DNA of 64,000 bases from NCBI GenBank assembly GCA_900541935.1, contig UQLZ01000001.1, positions 19,019-83,018 of the forward strand, read 5' to 3'. Each line of letters starts with the position of its first letter. The first letter of the stretch is position 1. The notes beneath the pieces are model-generated. The model saw nothing but the letters and a program-made list of their open reading frames with translations. It was not told where the DNA came from and ran no database searches. The DNA is from an uncultured Prevotellaceae bacterium (GTDB taxonomy: Bacteria; Bacteroidota; Bacteroidia; Bacteroidales; Muribaculaceae). A program made the position numbers and the translations under genes. Shown here one piece after another: positions 50,046 through 59,356 of the stretch.

Positions 50046-51278
50046 TTATTTTACCAGCCGGTGGTGCATTGCTATTGCTGTTGCCTGTGAAGTTAGAAAT
50101 CCAACGGCTGCAACGATGCCGATAATGGCGATGACGTCGGTCCATTCAACAATGACTGGATAGGCGTCGATAATAAGCGCTTGGGCATTGGTGCTCATCT
50201 TTATTATGCCTGTATATTGCTGTACCAGACAGAGTATTAGTCCGATAATAATTCCGCTGATTGCTCCAAAGAGGGATATCAGCCAGCCTTCAATGACAAA
50301 TATTCTTGAAATCATTTTGTTGCTGGCACCTAATGAGCGGAGCGTTGTTATGCTTTCATCTTTTTCGGTAATGATGATTGCGAGTGTGCTTATAATGTTA
50401 AATGACGCAATAATAAGGATGAAGCCGAGCAGGAGCAGGGTTATCCATTTTTCGGCGTTAATCATTTTCAGGGAGTGGCTGTGCTGCATGAGCCTGTTTT
50501 GTACGATGTATTGTGAGCCTAGCGCAGAAGATATTTTTTGCATTAGGGCATCAATATTTGTGCCGGGTGCTGTCTGTATGTCAATGGAGGTTGCTTCGCA
50601 TTTATCGTAGTCAAAGAGTTCTCTTGCGAGGTCTATATCTATAATTACGTGTTCTGTATCGTAGTCTTGCTGCTGGACTTCGAAAACCCCTGATATATAT
50701 GTTGATTTAGAGCGGAATGCAGTTGTCGGGTTTGCTGGGTTTACTGCTCCCTTTCTCTTTGGGGTGTATATTTCAAAGGTGTTGAAATATCCAGGATGCG
50801 CATTCAGCGATATCGCCACGCCAACGCTGATAACGGAAAAATACTGATTCCCCTTTGACAGAATGTATTGTCCGTCCTCTTTGACGAGGTCGCTGATGTT
50901 TGTCATCTTGGCAAAATCAGGAGTGACGCCTTTAACGGTTATCGGTATTTGCAGACCGTTATATGTGGCGAGTGCCCTGCTTTCGATTGATGGTGCAACG
51001 TAAAGAATGTTGCCACATTGTTTTACGGCGGTAATGATGCTGTCGGCGTTTGATATGTAGTTCGTGTTAGCGGCGGTGATTTTTATTTCTGGGTCAATTT
51101 GCGACAGTTTGTCGTTGACCAGTCCGCTAAACCCGTTAAAAACCGAAAGCACGCAAATCATAGCCATTGAAGTTACCGCTACCGCACAGATGGAAATCGC
51201 CGAGATGATATTCACCGCGGAATGAGATTTCTTGGAAAAGAGGTAGCGGAATGCTATCTTCAGAGGCAGGCGATTCAT
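50046..51278 (-). CDS. FtsX-like ABC transporter permease (LolC/E family)
   Basis: 410 aa. N-terminal TM, large periplasmic loop, three C-terminal TM helices. Confidence 0.8.
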   Translation of the reverse strand: MNRLPLKIAFRYLFSKKSHSAVNIISAISICAVAVTSMAMICVLSVFNGFSGLVNDKLSQIDPEIKITAANTNYISNADSIITAVKQCGNILYVAPSIESRALATYNGLQIPITVKGVTPDFAKMTNISDLVKEDGQYILSKGNQYFSVISVGVAISLNAHPGYFNTFEIYTPKRKGAVNPANPTTAFRSKSTYISGVFEVQQQDYDTEHVIIDIDLARELFDYDKCEATSIDIQTAPGTNIDALMQKISSALGSQYIVQNRLMQHSHSLKMINAEKWITLLLLGFILIIASFNIISTLAIIITEKDESITTLRSLGASNKMISRIFVIEGWLISLFGAISGIIIGLILCLVQQYTGIIKMSTNAQALIIDAYPVIVEWTDVIAIIGIVAAVGFLTSQATAIAMHHRLVK

Positions 51279-51282
51279 TAGG

Positions 51283-51633
51283 CTATTCTTGAGAGTCTTC
51301 TTGCTTGAGAAGGTTGTCGATATGCTCGATATAGTCCAAAGAGTCGTCGATGAAGAACGTAAGTTCCGGCATTTTTCTCAATTGGTGGCGAACTATTTTT
51401 GCCAATTCGTAGCGAATGCTCTTTGCTGAGTTGTTGATGTTTGTGAGAATTTCTTCCGAGCGGTTAGAAGGGAAGATGCTCAAGTAGCCTCTCGCAACGC
51501 TGAGGTCTGGCGACACTCTAACGGCGCTGACGCTGACGATAACTCCACCCAGAGCAGCCGTTTGACGGCGGAAAATTTCGCTGAGTTCCTTTTGGAGCAG
51601 TCTTGCTATTTTTGCTTGTCTTGTACTTTCCAT
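51283..51633 (-). CDS. rbfA: ribosome-binding factor A
   Basis: MESTRQAKIARLLQKELSEIF...VRVSPDLSVARGYLSIF matches the RbfA pattern. Confidence 0.85.
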   Translation of the reverse strand: MESTRQAKIARLLQKELSEIFRRQTAALGGVIVSVSAVRVSPDLSVARGYLSIFPSNRSEEILTNINNSAKSIRYELAKIVRHQLRKMPELTFFIDDSLDYIEHIDNLLKQEDSQE

Positions 51634-51672
51634 ATATTTGTTATTTGTTATGTTGTTTGCAAAGTTAACTTT

Positions 51673-52344
51673 TTAAGGCTTTGTTGCGCGGAGGATTTCT
51701 CTTTTTCCGTTTGGCGGACCAGGGAGTCTCTCTACGGTGAAGCCTATCTGCTGCATCATTCTTCTGACAACGCCTTTTGAGCAGTATGTTGTAAGTATTC
51801 CGCCGCTTGACATCGACTGGAATATCCTTGTGAACAGTTCTTCGCTCCACATTTCCGGTTGCTTTTCCGGTGCGAAGGCATCGAAATAAACGATGTCGAT
51901 ATTGCTTGGCAGTTCAACTGTTTGGTCCGTCAGGTCGCATTCCAGTTTGCAGATGTTGAAGTTTTCGGCTATCGTATGCAATTTTCCCCACGGTGCAGAG
52001 TGTAGTGCCTCTATTGTACCTGTCTTGTCGAGGGCGAGGTATCCTGCCTCTTTGATAGTCGAGAGAGGAAGCGGATATAACTCAGTTGTGTAATAGTTTA
52101 TTTTCTTTTCTGTGCAGAGCGTTGCGGTGAGGAAAGCGTTTAAACCTGTTCCGAAACCTATTTCAAGGATGTTGACAGAATCTTTTTTGCATGCTTTTGT
52201 TCCGCATTCAATGAAGATATGCTTCGATTCGGTCATTGCCCCTTTGACGGAATGGTAGTGTTCGTCCATTTCCGGGAGGTAAAGGGTAGGGCTGCCGTCG
52301 GCTGTTGATTGGGCTATCCTTGTGTAGTTCCGCTTTTCGGTCAT
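51673..52344 (-). CDS. tRNA mnm5s2U-pathway methyltransferase-like protein (MnmC C-terminal-less / MnmD-like SAM MTase)
   Basis: About 223 aa. ILEIGFGTGLNAF SAM-binding motif and DIVYFDAFAP motif, characteristic of the MnmC methyltransferase domain. Confidence 0.65.
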   Translation of the reverse strand: MTEKRNYTRIAQSTADGSPTLYLPEMDEHYHSVKGAMTESKHIFIECGTKACKKDSVNILEIGFGTGLNAFLTATLCTEKKINYYTTELYPLPLSTIKEAGYLALDKTGTIEALHSAPWGKLHTIAENFNICKLECDLTDQTVELPSNIDIVYFDAFAPEKQPEMWSEELFTRIFQSMSSGGILTTYCSKGVVRRMMQQIGFTVERLPGPPNGKREILRATKP

Positions 52345-53613
52345 TTATTCGATAACTTTTTTCTTTCGAACCTCTTCAACTGTTTTCCAAACAAACATTT
52401 TGTCGCTTGGGCGGACTTTTTCATCTACGCGGATAGAGAATCTGTCGCCTTTTACAGCCTTTTCAACAGGTTCCAGGTCAACGCGAATTTCTTCAACTTT
52501 CATTATAACAGCGCCTGTTGTAGGACCAGTTATCACTATTTCGTCGCCAACGTGCAGTTCTCCGTTTTCCATAAGAAATTCGGCTACCTTGATGTTGGAG
52601 AAGTATCTTACGCCCTTAGCGGCATATATTTTAACGCGTTGAGCAGAAGAGCCGTACTTGCTTGTCCATTCTCCGAGACGCTGACCCAGATAGTAACCGT
52701 TCCAGAAACCGCGGTTGAATACTTTTGCGAGTCGCTCGTCCCAGCCGGCGATTTTTTCTTCGCTATATGTTCCGTCGATACATGAGTTGATAGCCTCGTT
52801 GTAGCAGGAAACAACAGTTCTAACGTACTCAGCACCTCTTGCGCGGCCTTCAATTTTGAATACTCTGACGCCTGCATCTATCATCTTGTTCATGAAATGT
52901 ATAGTCTTGAGGTCCTTTGGCGACATGATGTATTTGTTTTCGATAGCGAGTTTGTCACCAGTGTCGAGGTCGGTAACCTCATATCCGCGGCGGCAGATTT
53001 GAGTGCATGCACCTCTGTTTGCCGATGAGTTCATCTCGTGCAGGCTGAGGTAGCATTTCCCGGAAACTGCCATGCATAAAGCACCGTGGCAGAACATTTC
53101 AATACGGACTTTTTCTCCGTGAGGACCGCAGATGTTTTCTGACTGTATTTTGTCAAAGATTTCAGAAACCTGAGTAAGGTTCAATTCTCTGGCAAGAACA
53201 ACAACGTCGGCAAATTGGGAATAGAACTGAAGTGCTTTGTAGTTTGAAACGTTCAATTGAGTTGAAATATGCACTTCAACGCCAATTTCGCGAGCGTAAA
53301 GGATTGCAGCCATATCTGATGCGATAATGGCTGAAATTTGTGCTTCCTTAGCGGCTTCGATGATGCTTTTCATCAGTTCAATGTCTTCGTTATAGACAAC
53401 GGTATTTACCGTAAGGTAGCTTTTCAGTCCGTTTTCCGAGCAGATTTTTGCAATGTTGTGCAAGTCGTCGATAGTGAAGTTTATCGATGATTTGGCACGC
53501 ATGTTAAGTCCCTCGATGCCGAAATAGATGGCATCTGCTCCTCCTTGTATAGCCGCGTAAAGCGATTCGTATGACCCTACCGGGGCCATTATTTCAAATT
53601 CTTTTCTGTTCAT
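52345..53613 (-). CDS. peptidase U32 family protein (collagenase-like, PrtC/YhbU-like)
   Basis: MNRKEFEIMAPVGSYESLYAAIQGGADAIYFG N-terminus like U32 proteins. The upstream in-frame ATG at 53694 lies inside a terminator hairpin, so 53613 was chosen. Confidence 0.8.
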   Translation of the reverse strand: MNRKEFEIMAPVGSYESLYAAIQGGADAIYFGIEGLNMRAKSSINFTIDDLHNIAKICSENGLKSYLTVNTVVYNEDIELMKSIIEAAKEAQISAIIASDMAAILYAREIGVEVHISTQLNVSNYKALQFYSQFADVVVLARELNLTQVSEIFDKIQSENICGPHGEKVRIEMFCHGALCMAVSGKCYLSLHEMNSSANRGACTQICRRGYEVTDLDTGDKLAIENKYIMSPKDLKTIHFMNKMIDAGVRVFKIEGRARGAEYVRTVVSCYNEAINSCIDGTYSEEKIAGWDERLAKVFNRGFWNGYYLGQRLGEWTSKYGSSAQRVKIYAAKGVRYFSNIKVAEFLMENGELHVGDEIVITGPTTGAVIMKVEEIRVDLEPVEKAVKGDRFSIRVDEKVRPSDKMFVWKTVEEVRKKKVIE

Positions 53614-53676
53614 TCTCAATAATTTCGAGGTGCTATTTATATTTGCTTTGCAAAGGTACAAAAAAATAACAAGAAA

Positions 53677-53709
53677 ACGGCAGAGAAATGCCATTCTCTG
53701 CCGTTTGAT
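53677..53709 (-). terminator. rho-independent terminator for the TrpB-like gene
   Basis: AAACGGCAGAGAA/TTCTCTGCCGTTT 13-bp stem with 6-nt loop, followed on the minus strand by UUCUUGUUAUUUUUUUG. Confidence 0.65.
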
Positions 53710-53731
53710 AACAAAATAATCTATATATTCA

Positions 53732-55099
53732 CTAAATTAACTTTTCAAGGTCTTTAGTGTTCCGTTGCACTTGCTCGTCAGACACTTGGAAGTTGGCAAG
53801 GTCTCCTGAGAGGAACATGTCGTAAGATGCCATGTCAATAAGCCCGTGGCCGGAAAGGTTGAATAGAATAACTTTCTTTTCTCCAGACTCTTTGCATTTG
53901 TTTGCTTCTCGAATTGCGGCTGCTATTGCGTGTGATGATTCCGGAGCGGGTATTATTCCTTCTGCTTGTGCGAAAAGCGTTGCTGCAGAGAATGTTTCGA
54001 GTTGTCGGATGTCAACGGCTTCCATGAAATTGTCGATAAGCAGTTGGCTGACAATCGAGCCGGCTCCGTGGTATCTCAGCCCTCCTGCGTGGATATTTGC
54101 AGGAGCGAAGTTGTGTCCGAGAGTGCGCATCGGGATGAGTGGGGTGTATCCTGCTTCGTCGCCGTAGTCATATTGGAATACGCCTCTTGTAAGTTTTGGG
54201 CAGGATTCCGGTTCTGCCGCTATGAAGCGGGTTTTCCTTTCTCCGTTTATTGTGTGACGCATAAACGGGAATGAAATTCCGGAGAAGTTTGAGCCGCCAC
54301 CGAAGCATCCGATAACGATATCCGGATATTCGCCTGCTTTTTCCATCTGCTTTTCTGCTTCCAGACCGATAACAGTTTGATGTAGTGATACGTGGTTCAT
54401 TACTGAGCCGAGAGTGTATTTACAGTTTGGAGTTGTTCTGGCAAGTTCCACAGCCTCAGAAATCGCGGTTCCGAGAGAGCCTTGGTGATTTGGGTTTGCT
54501 GTAATGATGTTTTTACCCGCTCTTGTTGACATGCTTGGAGAGGCTATAACTTCTGCCCCGTAAGTTTGCATTATTGAGCGTCGGTAAGGTTTCTGGTGGT
54601 ATGATACTTTTACCATATAAACGGCAAGTGATAGCCCAAAATGCTTTGCGGCAAGAGATAGAGCCGCTCCCCATTGCCCGGCACCGGTTTCTGTTGTAAT
54701 GTTGGTAACTCCCTGCTTTTTGCAATAGTATGCTTGCGGAATTGCGGAATTTAATTTGTGCGAACCAACGGGACTTACGCTTTCGTTTTTGAAATATATG
54801 TGTGCGGGAGTGCCCAAAGCCTTTTCAAGTCCGTATGCTCGGACAAGTGGCGTTGGTCTCCATATTTTGTACATGTCGCGGACTTCTTCTGGTATTTCTA
54901 TCCATGAATCAGTTGTATTAAGTTCCTGACGTGCAGTTTCTTCTGAGAATAACTCTGATAAGTCGCTTTCTGTAATCGGCTTCTTTGTTATCGGGTGAAG
55001 CATCGGCCTTGGTTTTGTAGGCATGTCAGGAATTATATTGTACCACCTTTCTGGTATTTCGTTTTCTGTAAGGATAATTTTCTTGGATTTGCTATTCAT
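53732..55099 (-). CDS. TrpB2-type tryptophan-synthase-beta-like PLP-dependent enzyme
   Basis: 455 aa. PLP lysine context GSHKLNSA, long N-terminal extension, GGGSN-like loop (GGGSNFSG). No other trp genes nearby. Confidence 0.8.
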   Translation of the reverse strand: MNSKSKKIILTENEIPERWYNIIPDMPTKPRPMLHPITKKPITESDLSELFSEETARQELNTTDSWIEIPEEVRDMYKIWRPTPLVRAYGLEKALGTPAHIYFKNESVSPVGSHKLNSAIPQAYYCKKQGVTNITTETGAGQWGAALSLAAKHFGLSLAVYMVKVSYHQKPYRRSIMQTYGAEVIASPSMSTRAGKNIITANPNHQGSLGTAISEAVELARTTPNCKYTLGSVMNHVSLHQTVIGLEAEKQMEKAGEYPDIVIGCFGGGSNFSGISFPFMRHTINGERKTRFIAAEPESCPKLTRGVFQYDYGDEAGYTPLIPMRTLGHNFAPANIHAGGLRYHGAGSIVSQLLIDNFMEAVDIRQLETFSAATLFAQAEGIIPAPESSHAIAAAIREANKCKESGEKKVILFNLSGHGLIDMASYDMFLSGDLANFQVSDEQVQRNTKDLEKLI

Positions 55100-55393
55100 A
55101 ATTATAAATTATATTATAAACTTTATGCAAATGTAATAATTAAAAAGGCATTTGCAAATTTTTTTGAAATAAAATATTGATTTTTTGCTAAAATATTAGC
55201 AAACTTTGTGGAAGTTAACCTATTTCGGTATAAATATACACAAATAGACAAATGAAAGATGTTGAATAATATTTAATTGTTGTGGAGTGATAAGTATAAT
55301 GTAAGGTTTGTATAAAGATTAAATAAAGTAAAAACGGAGTTTTGGTTAACAAAATCCCGCGGAAATTGTTAATTTTGTGGCATATATGGAATT

Positions 55394-56359
55394 ATGGATA
55401 AAAACGAATTGATAATATCTTGGAAAAAGGCACCGGAACAGCCTACTGAAGCAAATCCACACAGGTTCGGAGAGGCTTTGGATAAACACGGTAAAATCCT
55501 TGGTACAGCACCGGAATTGGAACTTGATGATGAGTCGAAGAAACGTACAGTTCTCGACTATTATGATTTCAGAAAGATGGTTCCTTTCTTCGACGGTAAG
55601 CCGAAATTGGTTCATTTCTTGATGAATATGCTTGGAATGGATAAGGTTAATTACTTGCACCATAGAAATCTAGACACCCCAGGTGCAGATTTTGTTCGTG
55701 GACTGCTTGATGACTTCCATATTACAAGGCGTATTGATAACGCGTCAGTTCTTGAAAATCTCCCTGAAGGTGCGTTTATTACAGTTTCTAACCACCCGTT
55801 TGGAGCTCTTGACGGTATTATGCTTATAGATTTGCTTGCAAGTCGCCGCAGCGACTATAAGGTTATGGTGAATATGATTCTTAACGCAATTCGTGGTATG
55901 CGTCCTAACTTTATTGCGGTTGACCCACTTGCTTCAGATAATCCCGAAAAGCGTGCGGCAACGATGCGCGGAATTAAGGAGGCCATGCTTCACGTTAAGA
56001 GAGGCCATCCGCTTGGGTTCTTCCCGGCAGGGGCGATGTCGAAGATGAATATTCACGGAGATGTTGAGGACAGGGAATGGCAGCCGAACATTATCCGATT
56101 GATACAGCAATTGAAAGTCCCTGTTATTCCAATATATTTCCATGGACGCAACAGTATGATATTCCAAATTTTGGGTATGATTGACTGGAGGCTAAGAACT
56201 CTTCGTTTGCCCCGTGAGGTATTCTCTCATTGTGGAGAGACTTACCATATATCCGTTGGAAATATAATAACAGTTGAAGAGCAGGCTAAATACCAGAGTG
56301 TGGAGGAGTTTGGTAAGTTCTTGCGGAATGCAACATACTCTATGAAGGAGAGAAAGTAG
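55394..56359 (+). CDS. lysophospholipid/glycerolipid acyltransferase-family protein
   Basis: HxxxxD motif (NHPFGALD) and FPAG-like motif (FFPAGAM). Confidence 0.65.
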   Translation: MDKNELIISWKKAPEQPTEANPHRFGEALDKHGKILGTAPELELDDESKKRTVLDYYDFRKMVPFFDGKPKLVHFLMNMLGMDKVNYLHHRNLDTPGADFVRGLLDDFHITRRIDNASVLENLPEGAFITVSNHPFGALDGIMLIDLLASRRSDYKVMVNMILNAIRGMRPNFIAVDPLASDNPEKRAATMRGIKEAMLHVKRGHPLGFFPAGAMSKMNIHGDVEDREWQPNIIRLIQQLKVPVIPIYFHGRNSMIFQILGMIDWRLRTLRLPREVFSHCGETYHISVGNIITVEEQAKYQSVEEFGKFLRNATYSMKERK

Positions 56360-56381
56360 AAATAAGGTTAATTTCGTTAAA

Positions 56382-59354
56382 ATGAAGAAATTCAGTTTTA
56401 TATTGTTGGGAATGGCTGTTGCTTCAGGAGCAATGGCACAAACACCGACAACAAATACCGGGTCAGAAGGGTATTTGAGTCGTAGTGCGGTAATGTTCTA
56501 TGACAAGAACTATACTGGAACGATAGACCAGGCAAGGCATGCAATAGAGTTGGGGTTGTCAGATCGGAATGAGGATGCTGATTATTTTATAGCACTGTCA
56601 AGTTACAAGCGAGGAGAAGGCGTTGATGCTTTGTTGGCGTTTATTAATAAGTATCCGTCATCAGTTAGAAAGACGGATGCGTGGTATAATGCAGGTAATG
56701 GGTATTTCGCTGCCGGTAAGTGTAAAGATGCACTGTTGGCGTATGAAAAAGTCAACTCATCTTCGATGCTTGCCGATGATTCTGAAGACTACATATATCG
56801 TAAATCGTTCTGTCTTTTGAAAATGGCGGAATTTGAAGAAGCAAAGGCAGGTTTCGACAGGTTGAGAGGCAGTAAGAGATATGGAGAATGTGCTGTTTTC
56901 TATGACGCTTTCGTTAAGTACTCAACAGGTGAGACAGATGCTGCAGAACAGGGGTTCAGAAAGATTCGCAATACCGGTTATTTGTGGAATGAGGCTCAGT
57001 TCTACATTGCGCAGATTCGCTTTACAAAAGAGGATTATTCTTCATCACTTGCAATCGGCAATTCTTTATTGAATTGTGATTTTCCAAAAGATATGAAAGC
57101 CGAACTTTATAGGATTGTTGGTGAAAGTGAATACCATTTGGGAAATAACGAAAGGGCAGTTGAGCTTTTGAAAAAATATGTTGCGGAAATCGAAGGCACA
57201 CCGCAGCGGTCTTCTTTATATATCCTTGGTGTTGCGGAATTTCGTGACGGTAACGATACAGAAGCAATACATTGTTTTACAGACGTTGTAGGCGAGCCTG
57301 ACTATATGTCACAAAGTGCGTTTCTATATTTAGGTCAGGCATATTTGCGAAGTGGCAATATGAATGGAGCGGCAATGGCTTTTGAAAAGGCATATAAAAT
57401 GGATTTGGACAAGGATGTTACCGAAACGGCTCTTTATAACTATGCTATTGCCCAGAGCAATGGAGGAAGGGTTCCATTCTCTAATTCAGTGAAATTGTTT
57501 GAGGATTATCTCAACAGGTTCCCAGGGTCAAGAAATGCGGCACAGGTAGAGGAATATATCATCGGTTCATATATGACAGACCGAAATTATGTCAATGCGC
57601 TTGAAACTATTGAGGGATTGACATCCCCGTCGGCTCGTATGCTCAAGGCAAAGCAGAATATATTGTATCACCTTGCTGTTTCACAAATGAATAGTGATCA
57701 ATTGTCAGTTGCAGTTAAAAATCTTGAAAAGGCAGCCGCATTATCTAAATATGACAGTCAGACAGCCGCAGAAACGTATTTGTGGCTTGGTGAGGCATAT
57801 TATGATTTGGGAAAATATAAAAAGTCATCAGACGCTTACCGCAATTATTTTTCTTGTAAGGGAAGGTTGACGATAAATGAGGTAATGGCAAACTATGGAT
57901 ATGGATATGCCCTCTTCCAGCAGAAAAGGTACAAAGAGGCAAAGTCGGTATTCAGTTTGATAGTTGACAAGGTTGCAAAGAAGTCATTAAAGAGCGACGT
58001 CCTCAATCGTATAGGTGACTGCTTTTATTTTATGAGGTCCTATGGTTCTGCCGAGGATTATTATCAGAAGTCTTTGGATCTTGGCGAAGGTCATGGAGAT
58101 TATGCTTTGTTCCAGAAGGGATTTATGCTTGGGTTGCAACGCCAGCATAAGGAAAAGATTTCAGTGATGGATGATGTTGTTAGACGATTCCCTTCATCGG
58201 TGTATGCTCCAAAGGCTTTATATGAAAAGGCGCAGGCTTATATATCTATGGACGAAATTTCATCGGCAGAGAAAGCAATTGAAACGCTCATGAAAAAATA
58301 TCCAGGAACAGCCGATGCCCGTAGCGGTGAATTGCAGTTGGCAATCTTGCTGAATAATTCAGGTAAGAAATCAGAGGCAAAGCGTCACTATAAGAGTCTT
58401 ATAAACAAGTATCCTACCAGCGATGAGGCTAAGACAGCCGCTGAAGATTTGAAGGTTATCTATGCAGATGAGGGTAATCTTGCCGAGTATTCACGATTTA
58501 TGCAGGGCATTGACAGCAGTTTCAAAATGGATGAAAATGAAATTGACCGTCTTACTTTCCATGCGGCAGAGAATGAGTACATTGCAGAAGGAAATGTTGC
58601 AAAACTTAAATCATATATAATAGCAGTTCCTGACGGCAAGTTTGTTGGACAGGCATCATATTATATTGCAGAAGGCGAGAATAAAGCAGGAAATAGTGCA
58701 AAGGCTCTTGAATATGTCAATAAGGCACTGACTGTAGGCCCGGATGCTGCGTATGCCGAATCGGCATTGGCGATGAAGGCTGGTTTGCTGATGAAATCTG
58801 GAGATAGGGAAGAAGCGAAGGCAACTTATGAGAAATTGCTCAAAAAGGCTTCAAATGAAGACAGTAAGGCGTTGGCTATGGTTGGCTTGTTGAGATATTA
58901 TCATTCTTTGGGAAATTCAAACAAGTCGATAGAATATGCTAATGAGATAGCTGGATTGCCATTGGATAGGGCTACCAAAGAGGAAGTTACTTATATTAAG
59001 GCTTTTGCATATAGTAGCAAGGGCGATAAGGAGCAGGCTGTTGCTGAATACAGCAAACTAACTTCTCACCTAACAAGCCTATATGGCTCAAAGGCTGCCG
59101 TTGAACTTGCAGAAATTTATTTCGCACAGGGCAAACTCGATTCGTCAGAAAAACTGTTGAATAAGTTGATTGAATCAGGTTCTTCTTATCAATATTGGGT
59201 GGCTCGCGCATTTATCACAATGTCGGACATTTACAAGAAGCGTGGCGACAAGTTCCAGGCAAAGGAATATCTTGAAAGTTTGAAGGTTAACTACCCGGGA
59301 ACTGAAAAAGATATTTTTGAAATGATTGATTCTCGGCTTAATGAACTAAAATAG
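56382..59354 (+). CDS. tetratricopeptide-repeat protein (secreted)
   Basis: Signal peptide (..ASGAMA-QT). TPR-like repeats across 990 aa. Confidence 0.8.
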   Translation: MKKFSFILLGMAVASGAMAQTPTTNTGSEGYLSRSAVMFYDKNYTGTIDQARHAIELGLSDRNEDADYFIALSSYKRGEGVDALLAFINKYPSSVRKTDAWYNAGNGYFAAGKCKDALLAYEKVNSSSMLADDSEDYIYRKSFCLLKMAEFEEAKAGFDRLRGSKRYGECAVFYDAFVKYSTGETDAAEQGFRKIRNTGYLWNEAQFYIAQIRFTKEDYSSSLAIGNSLLNCDFPKDMKAELYRIVGESEYHLGNNERAVELLKKYVAEIEGTPQRSSLYILGVAEFRDGNDTEAIHCFTDVVGEPDYMSQSAFLYLGQAYLRSGNMNGAAMAFEKAYKMDLDKDVTETALYNYAIAQSNGGRVPFSNSVKLFEDYLNRFPGSRNAAQVEEYIIGSYMTDRNYVNALETIEGLTSPSARMLKAKQNILYHLAVSQMNSDQLSVAVKNLEKAAALSKYDSQTAAETYLWLGEAYYDLGKYKKSSDAYRNYFSCKGRLTINEVMANYGYGYALFQQKRYKEAKSVFSLIVDKVAKKSLKSDVLNRIGDCFYFMRSYGSAEDYYQKSLDLGEGHGDYALFQKGFMLGLQRQHKEKISVMDDVVRRFPSSVYAPKALYEKAQAYISMDEISSAEKAIETLMKKYPGTADARSGELQLAILLNNSGKKSEAKRHYKSLINKYPTSDEAKTAAEDLKVIYADEGNLAEYSRFMQGIDSSFKMDENEIDRLTFHAAENEYIAEGNVAKLKSYIIAVPDGKFVGQASYYIAEGENKAGNSAKALEYVNKALTVGPDAAYAESALAMKAGLLMKSGDREEAKATYEKLLKKASNEDSKALAMVGLLRYYHSLGNSNKSIEYANEIAGLPLDRATKEEVTYIKAFAYSSKGDKEQAVAEYSKLTSHLTSLYGSKAAVELAEIYFAQGKLDSSEKLLNKLIESGSSYQYWVARAFITMSDIYKKRGDKFQAKEYLESLKVNYPGTEKDIFEMIDSRLNELK

Positions 59355-59356
59355 TT

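Noticed and set aside
53611-53694. Upstream ATG (53692-53694) as start of the U32 peptidase
   Set aside because: It lies inside the 13-bp terminator stem of the upstream gene and adds a hydrophobic 27-aa leader absent from U32 proteins. The MNRKEFEIMAPV start matches the family N-terminus.
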